From Candidatus Nanopelagicales bacterium (GTDB lineage: Bacteria > Actinomycetota > Actinomycetes > S36-B12 > UBA5976): a stretch of DNA of 64,000 nucleotides. This document shows, piece after piece, positions 25,104 to 37,503 of this stretch; position 1 is the first letter of the stretch; every line of letters starts with the position of its first letter. The position numbers and the translations under genes were made by a program. Under the pieces are notes generated by a model. The model had not been told where the DNA came from, did not search any database, and worked only from the letters and a program-made list of their open reading frames with translations. The stretch lies in NCBI GenBank assembly GCA_030157865.1, contig JAOATY010000035.1:13356-77355 (forward strand), read 5' to 3'.

Positions 25104-26051
25104 CTACCCCACTAATTTCGCCATTTTGTCTAATGCCGCCATTAACTTTTTGTGGAAGTCATCGCCGTCGATCGTCCAAGCGACATATCCATTTGGTTTT
25201 ACGTCATTACGCAGACGGGTATCGGTAACGGTCATTCCGGTTGTTAGTTCACCCTTGCACTCAACATCGATGAAAGCTGGCTCTAGTTCCATGATGTTTG
25301 GCCAAATTGCTTCAGCCATAGCAAGTGCATCATGTTGATGCGTCATGCGTTCGCCGTAGAAAATCTCGTAGAAATTTGTGTAGGAAGTCAGAATGTGGTC
25401 AAAAACGTTTCCAAATTTGCTTCCATCTTTTAGCCAGCCCCATAAGGTTTCAAAAGTCTTTACGGAATGAGTGACATCTAGTCCGACCATCACAGTGTTA
25501 ATGCCACTTGCAAAAACGCGCTTGGCTGCTTCTGGGTCATGCCAGATATTGAATTCAGCTACTGGAGTTACGTTGCCAGTCCGTGCTGCTCCACCCATGA
25601 TCACAAATCGATCAATCATTGGAATTACGTCAGGATGCTGATCTACCAGATGCGCAATGTTAGTAAGCGGGCCAATTGCAATCAGTGTGACCGGGTCTGG
25701 AGAGTTTCTGATCTTGTCGGCAAGAAAACCTGGGGCATCTGTTGAAACAACCTTGGTTGTTGGTTCTGGAAGATCAACTCCGGCAAGTCCATCGTGACCA
25801 TGTACTGGTTCATAGCCGGTTTCCATTTTTGCTCGGGCGTAAGGCTCGTCGTAACCAGATGCAACTGGAATGTCAGTGCGCCCCATGAATTCCAAAAGTC
25901 TTAAAGCGTTACGTGTTGTTGCTTCAAGTCCCGAGTTACCGCCCACGGTAGTAATGCCGATTACATCAACTTCTGGCGATGCAAGTGCGAGCGCGATTGC
26001 GATTGCGTCATCAATTCCAGGATCAGTATCAATTAAAAGTGCGCGGGTCAT
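25104..26051 (-). CDS. nucleoside hydrolase (IU-NH family)
   Basis: N-terminal fingerprint LIDTDPGIDDAIAIALAL. 315 aa. Confidence 0.9.
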   Translation of the reverse strand: MTRALLIDTDPGIDDAIAIALALASPEVDVIGITTVGGNSGLEATTRNALRLLEFMGRTDIPVASGYDEPYARAKMETGYEPVHGHDGLAGVDLPEPTTKVVSTDAPGFLADKIRNSPDPVTLIAIGPLTNIAHLVDQHPDVIPMIDRFVIMGGAARTGNVTPVAEFNIWHDPEAAKRVFASGINTVMVGLDVTHSVKTFETLWGWLKDGSKFGNVFDHILTSYTNFYEIFYGERMTHQHDALAMAEAIWPNIMELEPAFIDVECKGELTTGMTVTDTRLRNDVKPNGYVAWTIDGDDFHKKLMAALDKMAKLVG

Positions 26052-26064
26052 GTTTCCTCTTTAC

Positions 26065-26913
26065 TTAGGTAGTTTTGCTTGTTAAGAATTCAGTTACTTC
26101 GCTTGCAGTCGGCATACCAGATTGAGCACCTAGCTTCAATGTCGATAGTGCAGACGCAGCACATGCCACATCTAGCGAATCCGAAACAGATTTACCGGAA
26201 GCATAAGCAACAACAAATGCGCCAACAAATGTGTCACCCGCACCAACAGTGTCGATGGCATCTACTTTTGGTGGCTGCGACTTCGCGACGACTTCGCCAT
26301 TTTCGTAGGCAACTACTTCAGCGGCTCCCGCAGTGACAATGACAAGTCCCGAACTTGGTTTACCAAGCTGCGCGAACTCGTGTTCATTCACGATAAGCAC
26401 ATCGATTAAGCCCGAAAGTTCATCTGAAATTTCACGAACTGGCGCTGCGTTAACGCAGAAAATTCCATTTGCAGTTTTTCCAACTTCAACAATTACAGAC
26501 TCTGGGATTTCAAACTGAACTATGACTGCATCTGCCGATGCGACTGCATCGGAATCAAACGATGCAAACTGGTTTGCGCCATCAGCAACCACAATTTGGT
26601 TTTCACCAGAGTGTTCAACCATAACTAGAGCAGTGCTAGTTGGTGAGGCAACCTTTTGAACTGAGTCCACTGCTACGCCACTTTGCGTCAATGCAGTTAA
26701 ACACATTTGGCCTGGTTCATCAGTTCCGACTGCACCAAACATTGAAACGTCTCCACCCATTCGGGCTGCTGCTACGGCTTGGTTAGCGCCTTTGCCGCCA
26801 GGAAACCAAGCTGGTTCGGCGCTACTTACGGTTTCACCACGACCAGGAAGCGTTGGCATTTGTACAACTAAGTCTGCGTTGATGCTGCCGACTACTGCGA
26901 TGCGAGGTGCCAT
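26065..26913 (-). CDS. rbsK: ribokinase (PfkB family)
   Basis: GGKGANQAVAAARMG and the C-terminal DTVGAGDTFVGA motif. It lies adjacent to the nucleoside hydrolase. Confidence 0.85.
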   Translation of the reverse strand: MAPRIAVVGSINADLVVQMPTLPGRGETVSSAEPAWFPGGKGANQAVAAARMGGDVSMFGAVGTDEPGQMCLTALTQSGVAVDSVQKVASPTSTALVMVEHSGENQIVVADGANQFASFDSDAVASADAVIVQFEIPESVIVEVGKTANGIFCVNAAPVREISDELSGLIDVLIVNEHEFAQLGKPSSGLVIVTAGAAEVVAYENGEVVAKSQPPKVDAIDTVGAGDTFVGAFVVAYASGKSVSDSLDVACAASALSTLKLGAQSGMPTASEVTEFLTSKTT

Positions 26914-27048
26914 ACCTTGAGCCTAGAGGTTGGGTTTTCGAGAGCAACAACCCGGTAAATCTTGGATGAACCTTGGCTTTCTCTATTCAATTGCAGGAAT
27001 CTGACTTGTCGGACTATCGGTAAACTTAAAGAACTAGGGAGTTTGCAG

Positions 27049-28704
27049 ATGAACGCTGAATTACAGGATCGCCAAGTGCGTCCTCGGCGATCAGTTTTCT
27101 TGGCCATCTTTACTTCAATTGCCTTTGTAGGCGCTAGCTTTACTGCCCCAGCAAAAGCCTTGGATTCCGTACCTGCTGATGAATCTTGGCAAGTCGCAGC
27201 CGAAGCAGCTTCCGCTACCCCAGCAGAACTAAAGGGTGAAGTTGCAGACGGCCAACTTCGAATGATCGTGGTTCGCGAAGAGCAAGGGCAGCCAGACGTT
27301 GCTGTTATCAACATGACCAACGAAAAACAGTTGGATCAAACACTAAAGGCTTTAAACAACGATCCAAGTGTGATTTCAGTCGAAGTTGACCAAAAAGTTA
27401 ACTTACTCGAATCGGTAATGTCCGCTGCGCCTGTCGCAACTGCAGCCGCGGCATACAACCAATGGAATTACACAGCGCTTCAATTGCATCCGATTCACGT
27501 TCACCATATTGGCTCGGGTACTCTCGTGGCTGTAATCGATTCTGGAGTTAATCGCACCGGTACAGATCTAAATGGCACACCACAAGTCCCACAAGTTCTT
27601 GATGGTTGTGACTGGGTTACAAGTCCAACCAATGTTTGCCGAGGCACTGGTGTGACTGATGAAAACGGACATGGAACGCATGTAGCGGGAATCATTGCCG
27701 CAAAAAATGACGGTGTCGGAATAACAGGAGTCGCACCCGGGTCTCAAATTCTGCCATTGCGAGTGCTTGATGCCAATGGATCTGGATACCTTTCGGATAT
27801 TGCAGCAGCAATCGATTATGCCGTGGCAAACAATGCTGATGTTATTAACTTGTCATTAGGTGGAACAACTAACTATTACTTAATCGAAGATGCAATTAAT
27901 CGAGCCGTCACTGCAGGGGTTGTTGTTGTCGCGGCTGCCGGTAATAGTGGGCCAAATAACACACTTCCAAGCTACCCAGCTGCCTATGCCAATGTAATCG
28001 CAGTTGCCGCAACTGATTCAAGTGGCGTCGTAGCAACCTATTCGAATCAGGGTTCTTACCTCGACATTGCAGCACCCGGTTCAGCGATTATCTCAACCTA
28101 TCCGACTGGATACGCCTCGCTTTCTGGCACATCTATGGCTTCACCTCATGTTGCTGGTATTGCCGCATTAATGCTTGGGGCAGGAACACCTGCCGGAGAA
28201 ATTAAGACAAGAATTCAATCAACTGCCGATAATTCCATCCCTCGCGATAACACGAATCGATACGGTGCAGGCATTGTCAACCCGTTCGCTGCGCTTGGGT
28301 GCGATGCCAACGCGTGTACTGCGCCTACCCCAGAGCCAACTCCTACGGCAACCATTGCCAGCACCGGGGTTATTAACCCTGGAATAGTGATTGCTCCAAC
28401 ATCAGAGCCTGAACCATCTGCGCCGACAGTTACCCCAGAAATATCCCCAGTAGTTGCAGTTCCAACTATAAGAGAATCTTTAAAAGTTAAGGCATCTAAA
28501 AAGCGTAATTTAACGGTTACTGTTTCGGCGCCGACTGGTTCAAAGACATGGGTGCAGCGCAAAGTTGGCAAGAAATGGAGAACAGTTTTAAAGGTGACAA
28601 CGACTTCTTCAGTTCAGGTTAAGTTGTCTCGATCTGGAACCTATCGAGTGCAGATCATTTCTCCAGCTGAGAAAGTTACTTCCAAGTCATTCCGAGTGAA
28701 ATAA
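27049..28704 (+). CDS. secreted subtilisin-like serine protease (peptidase S8)
   Basis: Catalytic triad contexts VAVIDSGV / HGTHVAG / GTSMASPHVAG. Signal peptide follows the ATG at 27049 (SD AGGGAG). A Pro-rich linker and a Lys-rich C-terminal beta domain follow the catalytic core. Confidence 0.9.
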   Translation: MNAELQDRQVRPRRSVFLAIFTSIAFVGASFTAPAKALDSVPADESWQVAAEAASATPAELKGEVADGQLRMIVVREEQGQPDVAVINMTNEKQLDQTLKALNNDPSVISVEVDQKVNLLESVMSAAPVATAAAAYNQWNYTALQLHPIHVHHIGSGTLVAVIDSGVNRTGTDLNGTPQVPQVLDGCDWVTSPTNVCRGTGVTDENGHGTHVAGIIAAKNDGVGITGVAPGSQILPLRVLDANGSGYLSDIAAAIDYAVANNADVINLSLGGTTNYYLIEDAINRAVTAGVVVVAAAGNSGPNNTLPSYPAAYANVIAVAATDSSGVVATYSNQGSYLDIAAPGSAIISTYPTGYASLSGTSMASPHVAGIAALMLGAGTPAGEIKTRIQSTADNSIPRDNTNRYGAGIVNPFAALGCDANACTAPTPEPTPTATIASTGVINPGIVIAPTSEPEPSAPTVTPEISPVVAVPTIRESLKVKASKKRNLTVTVSAPTGSKTWVQRKVGKKWRTVLKVTTTSSVQVKLSRSGTYRVQIISPAEKVTSKSFRVK

Positions 28705-28737
28705 AAAAGAGCCGAGAAAATCTCGGCTCTTTTTTTA
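28703..28737. terminator. bidirectional intrinsic terminator
   Basis: 10-bp stem AGAGCCGAGA (28708-28717) / TCTCGGCTCT (28721-28730), loop AAA, flanked by an A-run and a T-run. It lies between the convergent protease gene and atpC. Confidence 0.8.
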
Positions 28738-28747
28738 ATCTAACAAA

Positions 28748-29155
28748 CTAGCTATGTAGTCCTGATGCAGTAACTGCAGCTGCAGCCTTCATGCGAGTTT
28801 CCGCACGATGCGCTGCTGCCAAAGCCTCTGGTGAATCTTCACCAGCTGCAAGGGCACGATCTAGAGCCTTCTTTGCGCGATCAACATCAATGTCACTTGC
28901 AAGTTCTGCAGTTTCGGCCAAGATACGGACGTTGTCCGAATCCATTGCGGCAAAACCACCATGAACTGCAATGACCACTCGCTCGCCATCGACTGGTTCA
29001 ATGCGAACAAGTCCATCTACAAGAAGTGACAGCATTGGTTCGTGACCAGGCATGATGCCGATTTCGCCTTCTGTTGTTTTGGCAACAATCGACTTTGCAG
29101 GGCCAACCCAAACTGAGCGGTCTACTGCAACGACAGCAACTTGAAGTTCAGCCAC
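28748..29155 (-). CDS. atpC: F0F1 ATP synthase subunit epsilon
   Basis: 135 aa, last gene of the atp operon, with a typical epsilon beta-sandwich plus helical C-terminus. Confidence 0.9.
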   Translation of the reverse strand: MAELQVAVVAVDRSVWVGPAKSIVAKTTEGEIGIMPGHEPMLSLLVDGLVRIEPVDGERVVIAVHGGFAAMDSDNVRILAETAELASDIDVDRAKKALDRALAAGEDSPEALAAAHRAETRMKAAAAVTASGLHS

Positions 29156-29157
29156 GA

Positions 29158-30591
<1,434 letters not shown>

Positions 30592-30602
30592 TTACTCCCT
30601 GG

Positions 30603-31511
30603 TTATGCGGACGTCAGTGCGTCGGCGCCGCCGACGATTTCACTGATTTCCTGTGTGATTTCTGCCTGACGGGCCTGGTTGGCCTGACGAGCAAGTGTGC
30701 GGATTAGTTCTTCAGCGTTATCAGAAGCAGACTTCATGGCGCGACGACGTGCGGCGTGCTCACTTGCTGCTGCTAACAACAATGCGGTGTAGATCATGTT
30801 CTCGACGTACCTTGGCAACAAGGCTTCGAGAACAGCTTCTGGACTTGGTTCGAATTCGTAAAGCGGGAACACTTCAGTATCTAGCTTCTGTGAAGCTTCG
30901 GACTTTGACACTTCAACAACTTCAACCGGAAGAATTCGGCGAACGCGAACTTCCTGAACTGCCATGTTTACGAAGTGTGTGTAAACCAAGTGAATTTCGT
31001 CTACGCCACCTTCATTGGTGTCAGTGTTGAAAGCTTCAGTTACTGCTGCTGCAATTTCTTTTGCATTTTCGTAACTTGGCTGATCTGTAAAGCCCGTCCA
31101 TGAGTTTTCAATCTTGCGCTCACGGAACTTGTAGTAGCCAACTGATTTGCGACCAACTAAGAAGTGAACTGGTGTGACGCCCTCTTCTTTAAGGAGTGCG
31201 TTTAGGCCTTCGCCTTCTTTGATGATTGCTGAGGAATAGGCACCAGCAAGACCACGGTCAGATGTCACAAGAATTACGGCAGCACGCTTACGGTTTTCAA
31301 CTTCGGAAACCAACGCACCGTCGCTATTTCCATGCGAAACCGCTGCGGAAATAGCGCGAAGTAGTTCTTGGGTATACGGCAAGGAGGCTTCAACGCGCTG
31401 TTGCGCTTTAACGAAACGCGATGAAGCAATTAGCTCCATGGCCTTCGTAATTTTCTTGGTCGACTGAACGGATTTAATCCGTCGCCTGTAGACCCTGAGT
31501 TGAGCTCCCAC
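30603..31511 (-). CDS. atpG: F0F1 ATP synthase subunit gamma
   Basis: 302 aa with the N-terminal R.RI.SV.ST.KITKAMELIA motif. Confidence 0.95.
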   Translation of the reverse strand: MGAQLRVYRRRIKSVQSTKKITKAMELIASSRFVKAQQRVEASLPYTQELLRAISAAVSHGNSDGALVSEVENRKRAAVILVTSDRGLAGAYSSAIIKEGEGLNALLKEEGVTPVHFLVGRKSVGYYKFRERKIENSWTGFTDQPSYENAKEIAAAVTEAFNTDTNEGGVDEIHLVYTHFVNMAVQEVRVRRILPVEVVEVSKSEASQKLDTEVFPLYEFEPSPEAVLEALLPRYVENMIYTALLLAAASEHAARRRAMKSASDNAEELIRTLARQANQARQAEITQEISEIVGGADALTSA

Positions 31512-31512
31512 T

Positions 31513-33144
31513 TTAAGCCTTGACCTTCACGATCTGAGTGACGTCAATGTCAGCTTCGTCGATTGCTGCAACAGGTGCATCGTTAACTAGTGAGTGACCT
31601 GCAGAGGTACGGAACTGCTTCTTGAAAGCACCAATGGCAGCTTCTAGCTGGCCAATGCTGTCGTCAGAAAGATCAGTTGTGCTGCGAATGGTTTCGAAGA
31701 TCGCGCCGTGGTTACGGTCTACGTGATCTAGGAATTCAGTATCGAAGCGACGGATGTCTTCGACAGGAACATCATCAAGGTTGCCTGATGTACCGGCCCA
31801 AACAGAAACTGCTTCGCGTTCCATTGACTGTGGCTGGTACTGGCCCTGCTTTAGAAGTTCAACAAGACGGGAACCGCGCTCAAGCTGTGCCTTTGATGCA
31901 GCATCAAGATCGGAACCGAAAGCAGCGAATGCTTCAAGTTCGCGGTACTGAGCTAGGTCAAGACGTAGACGGCCAGCAACCTTCTTCATTGACTTAGGCT
32001 GCGCGGAACCACCAACGCGAGATACCGAAATACCTACGTTGATAGCTGGGCGAATGCCGGAGTTGAAGAGATCGGATTCCAAGAAGCATTGACCATCGGT
32101 AATGGAAATTACGTTTGTTGGAATGTAAGCCGACACGTCGTTTGCCTTAGTTTCGATGATTGGCAGACCAGTCATCGAACCAGCGCCTAGATCGTCTGAA
32201 AGCTTTGCACAACGCTCTAGCAAACGTGAGTGTAAGTAGAAAACGTCACCTGGGTAAGCCTCACGGCCTGGCGGACGGCGAAGCAAAAGTGATACCGCAC
32301 GGTATGCCTCTGCTTGCTTTGAAAGGTCATCAAAGATGATCAATACATGTTCGCCCTTGTACATCCAGTGCTGACCAATTGCAGAACCGGTGTAAGGAGC
32401 TAGGTACTTGAAACCTGCTGGGTCAGATGCTGGAGCAGCCACGATAGTGGTGTATTCCATTGCACCGAACTCTTCTAGTGCGCCCTTAACAGCAGCAATA
32501 GTTGAGCCCTTCTGGCCGATAGCAACATAGATGCACTTAACCTGCTTCTTCTTGTCGCCGGACTTCCAGTTTTCGCGCTGGTTCAAAATTGTGTCGATAG
32601 CAACTGCAGTCTTTCCAGTCTGGCGGTCACCAATGATCAGCTGGCGCTGTCCACGACCAATTGCAGTCATCGCGTCGATCGCCTTTAGGCCGGTCAACAT
32701 CGGTTCCTTAACTGGCTGACGCTGAACAACGGTCGGTGCCTGTGTTTCAAGAGCACGACGGCTTTCAGATGCAATCGGACCAAGGCCATCGATTGGGTTA
32801 CCTAGTGGGTCAACAACGCGACCTAGGAAACCGTCACCAACAGGAACCGAAAGAACTTCGCCTGTGCGCTTTACGCTCTGGCCTTCAGCAATCTTTGAAC
32901 CGTCACCAAGTAGCACGGCACCAATCTCGCGAACATCAAGGTTCAATGCCAAGCCCATTAGGCCGCCTTCGAACTCAAGCAGTTCGTTAGTCATTGCGGA
33001 ATGCAAGCCTTCAACTCGCGCAATTCCGTCACCAGTCTGGATTACGCGACCAACTTCTTCGCGTGCACTGGACGGTGCAAATGACTCAACGCTCTTTGAT
33101 ATGGCGTCACGAATCTCATCCGGGCGGATCGAGAGTTCCGTCAT
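31513..33144 (-). CDS. atpA: F0F1 ATP synthase subunit alpha
   Basis: Walker A GDRQTGKT. 543 aa. Confidence 0.97.
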   Translation of the reverse strand: MTELSIRPDEIRDAISKSVESFAPSSAREEVGRVIQTGDGIARVEGLHSAMTNELLEFEGGLMGLALNLDVREIGAVLLGDGSKIAEGQSVKRTGEVLSVPVGDGFLGRVVDPLGNPIDGLGPIASESRRALETQAPTVVQRQPVKEPMLTGLKAIDAMTAIGRGQRQLIIGDRQTGKTAVAIDTILNQRENWKSGDKKKQVKCIYVAIGQKGSTIAAVKGALEEFGAMEYTTIVAAPASDPAGFKYLAPYTGSAIGQHWMYKGEHVLIIFDDLSKQAEAYRAVSLLLRRPPGREAYPGDVFYLHSRLLERCAKLSDDLGAGSMTGLPIIETKANDVSAYIPTNVISITDGQCFLESDLFNSGIRPAINVGISVSRVGGSAQPKSMKKVAGRLRLDLAQYRELEAFAAFGSDLDAASKAQLERGSRLVELLKQGQYQPQSMEREAVSVWAGTSGNLDDVPVEDIRRFDTEFLDHVDRNHGAIFETIRSTTDLSDDSIGQLEAAIGAFKKQFRTSAGHSLVNDAPVAAIDEADIDVTQIVKVKA

Positions 33145-33179
33145 GGTGTCCTGCTTTCTCTTTTGTTCTTAACTACTGC

Positions 33180-33977
33180 CTACGCCTGAAGTTGGCGAAG
33201 GGCTTGTTGGATACGGGTTGAAATTGTGCCGTCGATGACATCGTCACCGATTTGCACAGACACGCCACCGACAACTGAGTCATCGATGATTGTGTCGATT
33301 AGAACTTCTTGTCCGTAGATGCGGCTTAGTGCTGCATTGATACGAGACTTGTGGCTGTCTGAAAGCGCAATCGCAGAAGTGACAGTTGCCACTAAGCGAT
33401 TTTGGCGAGCAGCAGCCAATGCAGATAGTTCATCCAGTGCCTTACCAATTCGACGGCCGCGTGGGTGGCTGATGTATTGGCTAACCAAGGTGATGGTGTC
33501 CGCATGGGCACGACCCGAGAGGAGGGTAGCTACTAGCTTTACCTTTCCCTGGGGAGTACTGGATGGATCAGAAAGTGCCATTTGTAGATCTGCTTCGGAA
33601 TCAATTAGTCGAGCGAAGTAGAAAATTTCTTCTTCGACTCGAGTTTGATGTCCAGCCTTTTCAGTCTCTGCCAACAAAACAAGTGCGCCAGCACTTTCTA
33701 TTGCATCAACTAAGTCGGAATCGTTTGACCAACGAGCCGAAACGATTGCTTTCACTACTTTGACTGCGTCTGCAGAGACTTTGTCTGCAAGCAGTTCGCT
33801 AACCAGGCCTTGACGTGCTTCCTGGCTAAGTCCGGAGTCAGACAGATTGCGACGCAGTGCGTGCTCAGCTTCGAACAAGTTGGCAACTGTGAATAATTCA
33901 GCACCAACTGAAGATGAGCTAAGCCCAGCAATTGCTTGCTGTACCTGCTGGTTTGCTACCTGACTGACGGAAGACAT
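33180..33977 (-). CDS. atpH: F0F1 ATP synthase subunit delta
   Basis: 265 aa OSCP-like protein, positioned between atpF and atpA. Confidence 0.85.
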   Translation of the reverse strand: MSSVSQVANQQVQQAIAGLSSSSVGAELFTVANLFEAEHALRRNLSDSGLSQEARQGLVSELLADKVSADAVKVVKAIVSARWSNDSDLVDAIESAGALVLLAETEKAGHQTRVEEEIFYFARLIDSEADLQMALSDPSSTPQGKVKLVATLLSGRAHADTITLVSQYISHPRGRRIGKALDELSALAAARQNRLVATVTSAIALSDSHKSRINAALSRIYGQEVLIDTIIDDSVVGGVSVQIGDDVIDGTISTRIQQALRQLQA

Positions 33978-34525
33978 TATCGACCTGCTGACTTTTCAAG
34001 ATCTGCAACAAAGCGCTCTACAACTGCAGTAGCACGTGCGTCGTCGGTAAGTGACTCACCAACAATGCGCGAAGCTAAATCAGTTGCAGCAACACCTAAG
34101 TCGCGTCGAAGGTCTGTTGCAATGCGTGCTCGGTCTGATTCCAACGCAGATGTTGCCTGCGCGGTCACAGCAGCAGCGGCTGCAGCAGCGGCCTTCTTTG
34201 CTTCGTCAATGATGGCAAGTCGCTCGGCTTGAGCAGCTGCGCGAATGTCACTGGCTTCTTTGTTTGCAGAGTCAAGTGCCTCGCGATATTGCGCAAGTAA
34301 CTCTGAAGCTTCAGCCTGTGATTTTTCTGCGCGAGCAAGTCCGCCTTCGATCTTTTCGGTTCGCTCTGCGGTGATTTCGCGCATGCGTGGCATGACGAAC
34401 TTCGAGAACAAAACGAGAACGATGATGAATGACAGGCCACCCCAGATGATGTCGTAGATAGCTGGCAACAAAACACTTGGCTGCTCAGCCGACGACTCAG
34501 AGGCGAACTTAATCCATTGCGACAT
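33977..34525 (-). CDS. atpF: F0F1 ATP synthase subunit b
   Basis: N-terminal TM helix followed by a long charged/Ala-rich coiled coil; position in the operon supports the call. Confidence 0.88.
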   Translation of the reverse strand: MSQWIKFASESSAEQPSVLLPAIYDIIWGGLSFIIVLVLFSKFVMPRMREITAERTEKIEGGLARAEKSQAEASELLAQYREALDSANKEASDIRAAAQAERLAIIDEAKKAAAAAAAAVTAQATSALESDRARIATDLRRDLGVAATDLASRIVGESLTDDARATAVVERFVADLEKSAGR

Positions 34526-34569
34526 ATTTACTCCTGTTTACCTAATCTGATCGATTTTTGATGATCGAT

Positions 34570-35662
<1,093 letters not shown>

Positions 35663-35667
35663 GTCTT

Positions 35668-35919
35668 CTACTTCTCTTTCAGACTTGTTTCAGTCTCACG
35701 ACCGAAGCGAACATAAACAATGTAGAACGAAACAACAAACCCAAGAACGATTCCTAACGGGAGGAAGATCCGCGTAGTACCGACTAGTGAGTCGATCAGC
35801 ATTCCAATTCCGCCCCACACAAGTGGACCAGCAACTAGCGTGCTAACCATTCCCCAAGCCACATCTTCGCCAGGACCAGTATCTTTTGGAATCAGCTTTT
35901 GTGGCTTTTGGTTCGTCAT
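35668..35919 (-). CDS. small membrane protein, AtpI/AtpZ-like (upstream of atpB)
   Basis: 83 aa with two predicted TM helices. The call rests on its position immediately 5' of atpB. Confidence 0.5.
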   Translation of the reverse strand: MTNQKPQKLIPKDTGPGEDVAWGMVSTLVAGPLVWGGIGMLIDSLVGTTRIFLPLGIVLGFVVSFYIVYVRFGRETETSLKEK

Positions 35920-35955
35920 TGCCTAAAAAACTAACACACAATCACCAGGCGTGAG

Positions 35956-36369
35956 TCAGCGGTCTACCTCCACGTAGGGCACTGGGGCACGGGTGACCAA
36001 AACGGCCTCGAGCACCAGAAGTACGACCGTCTCGAGGAGCAAGGTTATGAAGAAAATTGGACGGTCATAAAAGTCCTGTCCCCTAAGCCAGAACAATGCG
36101 CCAAGCAGGACCACAATCTTGAGCAACCATGAGCCAAGTACGGCAAAACCTAGGTATTGCACGTCTAAATCCGCTGTTAGAGCAGCCACAGCGGCGGTTA
36201 CGGCAAAGAAACTACCGGCCAAAACGCTGGCAAGAAGCGCTCCCCAGAGTCCGGATTCACCAGATCGGAAGTAGCCGATTGCGGATAGCGCAACAGTCAA
36301 AACTAGCCAGGCAAGCAGCCCCTTACGAAGGGCGCTTCGACCAGCCTGAGCTGAAGTTTGAACAGACAT
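35956..36369 (-). CDS. hypothetical polytopic membrane protein upstream of atp operon
   Basis: About 4 TM helices. I trimmed the start to the ATG at 36369 (SD GGAG); the track's longer start would overlap wecA. Confidence 0.45.
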   Translation of the reverse strand: MSVQTSAQAGRSALRKGLLAWLVLTVALSAIGYFRSGESGLWGALLASVLAGSFFAVTAAVAALTADLDVQYLGFAVLGSWLLKIVVLLGALFWLRGQDFYDRPIFFITLLLETVVLLVLEAVLVTRAPVPYVEVDR

Positions 36370-36379
36370 TCTTTTACTC

Positions 36380-37477
36380 CTAGCTAAGCGTCTTAACTTG
36401 TTTCCGAGGCGGGTTAAGCACCCAGCTTGCAAGTGCAACCACACCTAAGCCTGCCCCTAATCCAGTTACCCAAACCGGAACGAAGGCAGTACTTACTGCG
36501 CCAAAGGCCAATAGCCCGGTGAACGCAGTCATAATCAAAACTGCACGTTCTTGTCCATGACCCAGCTTAAGCAAGCGGTGATGCAAGTGCTCTTTGTCTG
36601 GGGCAAACGGCGAACGACCCTTACGAGTACGTCGAACTACAGCTAGAAGTAAATCAAGAAGTGGCACGGCCAAAATTGAAAGTGGTAAAACAATTGGCAA
36701 AAATGCTGGAAGCAAAGTTCCGCCACTTAGACCACCAGGGTCAACCTGACCTGTAAGCATGATTGATGAAGCCGCCATCAAAAGACCAATCAACATTGAA
36801 CCGGTATCCCCCATAAAGACTCGGGCGCGGTACCAGTTGTGCGGCAAGAATCCAGCACACATTCCAATGAGTGACGCCGAGATCAATGTTGCAAGAGCAG
36901 CACGCTGATAGCCATTGGCAACCGAAAGAAAGTACGAGTAAGCAAAGAATGCACCGGCACCAACTAAAACAATGCTTGCGGCTAAACCATCTAATCCGTC
37001 AACCATGTTCACTGCGTTGATGCTTACTAGAACGACCAAAACAGTGAGCAGTACCGAAGTAGTTGGATCAAGAATGAAAGTTCCACGAATTGGCAACCAA
37101 ACTAAAGTCACACCTTGCATTGCCATAGTTCCGGCAGCCAAGATTTGGCCAACAAGTTTTGTCGGTGCATCTAATCCAAACTTGTCATCAAGTACGCCGA
37201 GCGCAACGATGATTAAGCAACCGATGATCAAGGCATAGATCTGTCGACGATCATTAAAGATTGTCGACATCAAAGGCAATTGGCTTGCCAAGATGATTGC
37301 GACCCCAAGTCCTGCCAACATCGCCAGTCCACCCCAACGTGGAGTTGGGAATATGTGAACGTCACGATCTCTAACATCAGCCATCGCGCCAAAGCGAATC
37401 GCTAAAGCGCGCGCAGATGGAGTTAGTAAGTATGTGACGGCAGCCGCAGCTGCCAGACACAATAAATACTCACGCAT
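36380..37477 (-). CDS. wecA: undecaprenyl-phosphate GlcNAc-1-phosphate transferase (glycosyltransferase family 4, WecA/Rfe-like)
   Basis: MraY/WecA motifs GVLDDKFG and NAVNMVDGLDGLA. About 10 TM helices. Confidence 0.85.
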   Translation of the reverse strand: MREYLLCLAAAAAVTYLLTPSARALAIRFGAMADVRDRDVHIFPTPRWGGLAMLAGLGVAIILASQLPLMSTIFNDRRQIYALIIGCLIIVALGVLDDKFGLDAPTKLVGQILAAGTMAMQGVTLVWLPIRGTFILDPTTSVLLTVLVVLVSINAVNMVDGLDGLAASIVLVGAGAFFAYSYFLSVANGYQRAALATLISASLIGMCAGFLPHNWYRARVFMGDTGSMLIGLLMAASSIMLTGQVDPGGLSGGTLLPAFLPIVLPLSILAVPLLDLLLAVVRRTRKGRSPFAPDKEHLHHRLLKLGHGQERAVLIMTAFTGLLAFGAVSTAFVPVWVTGLGAGLGVVALASWVLNPPRKQVKTLS

Positions 37478-37503
37478 AGAGCAAGGTTAGACCCCAGTTA
37501 TTG

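Noticed and set aside
26892-27320. 142-aa minus-strand ORF overlapping the ribokinase start and the S8 protease N-terminus.
   Set aside because: It is antisense to the protease signal-peptide region, has low-complexity composition, and shows no SD.
34166-34198. GCAGC/GCGGC-rich repeat tract.
   Set aside because: It encodes the poly-Ala run (KKAAAAAAAAVTAQ) in the coiled coil of ATP synthase subunit b. This is coding low complexity.
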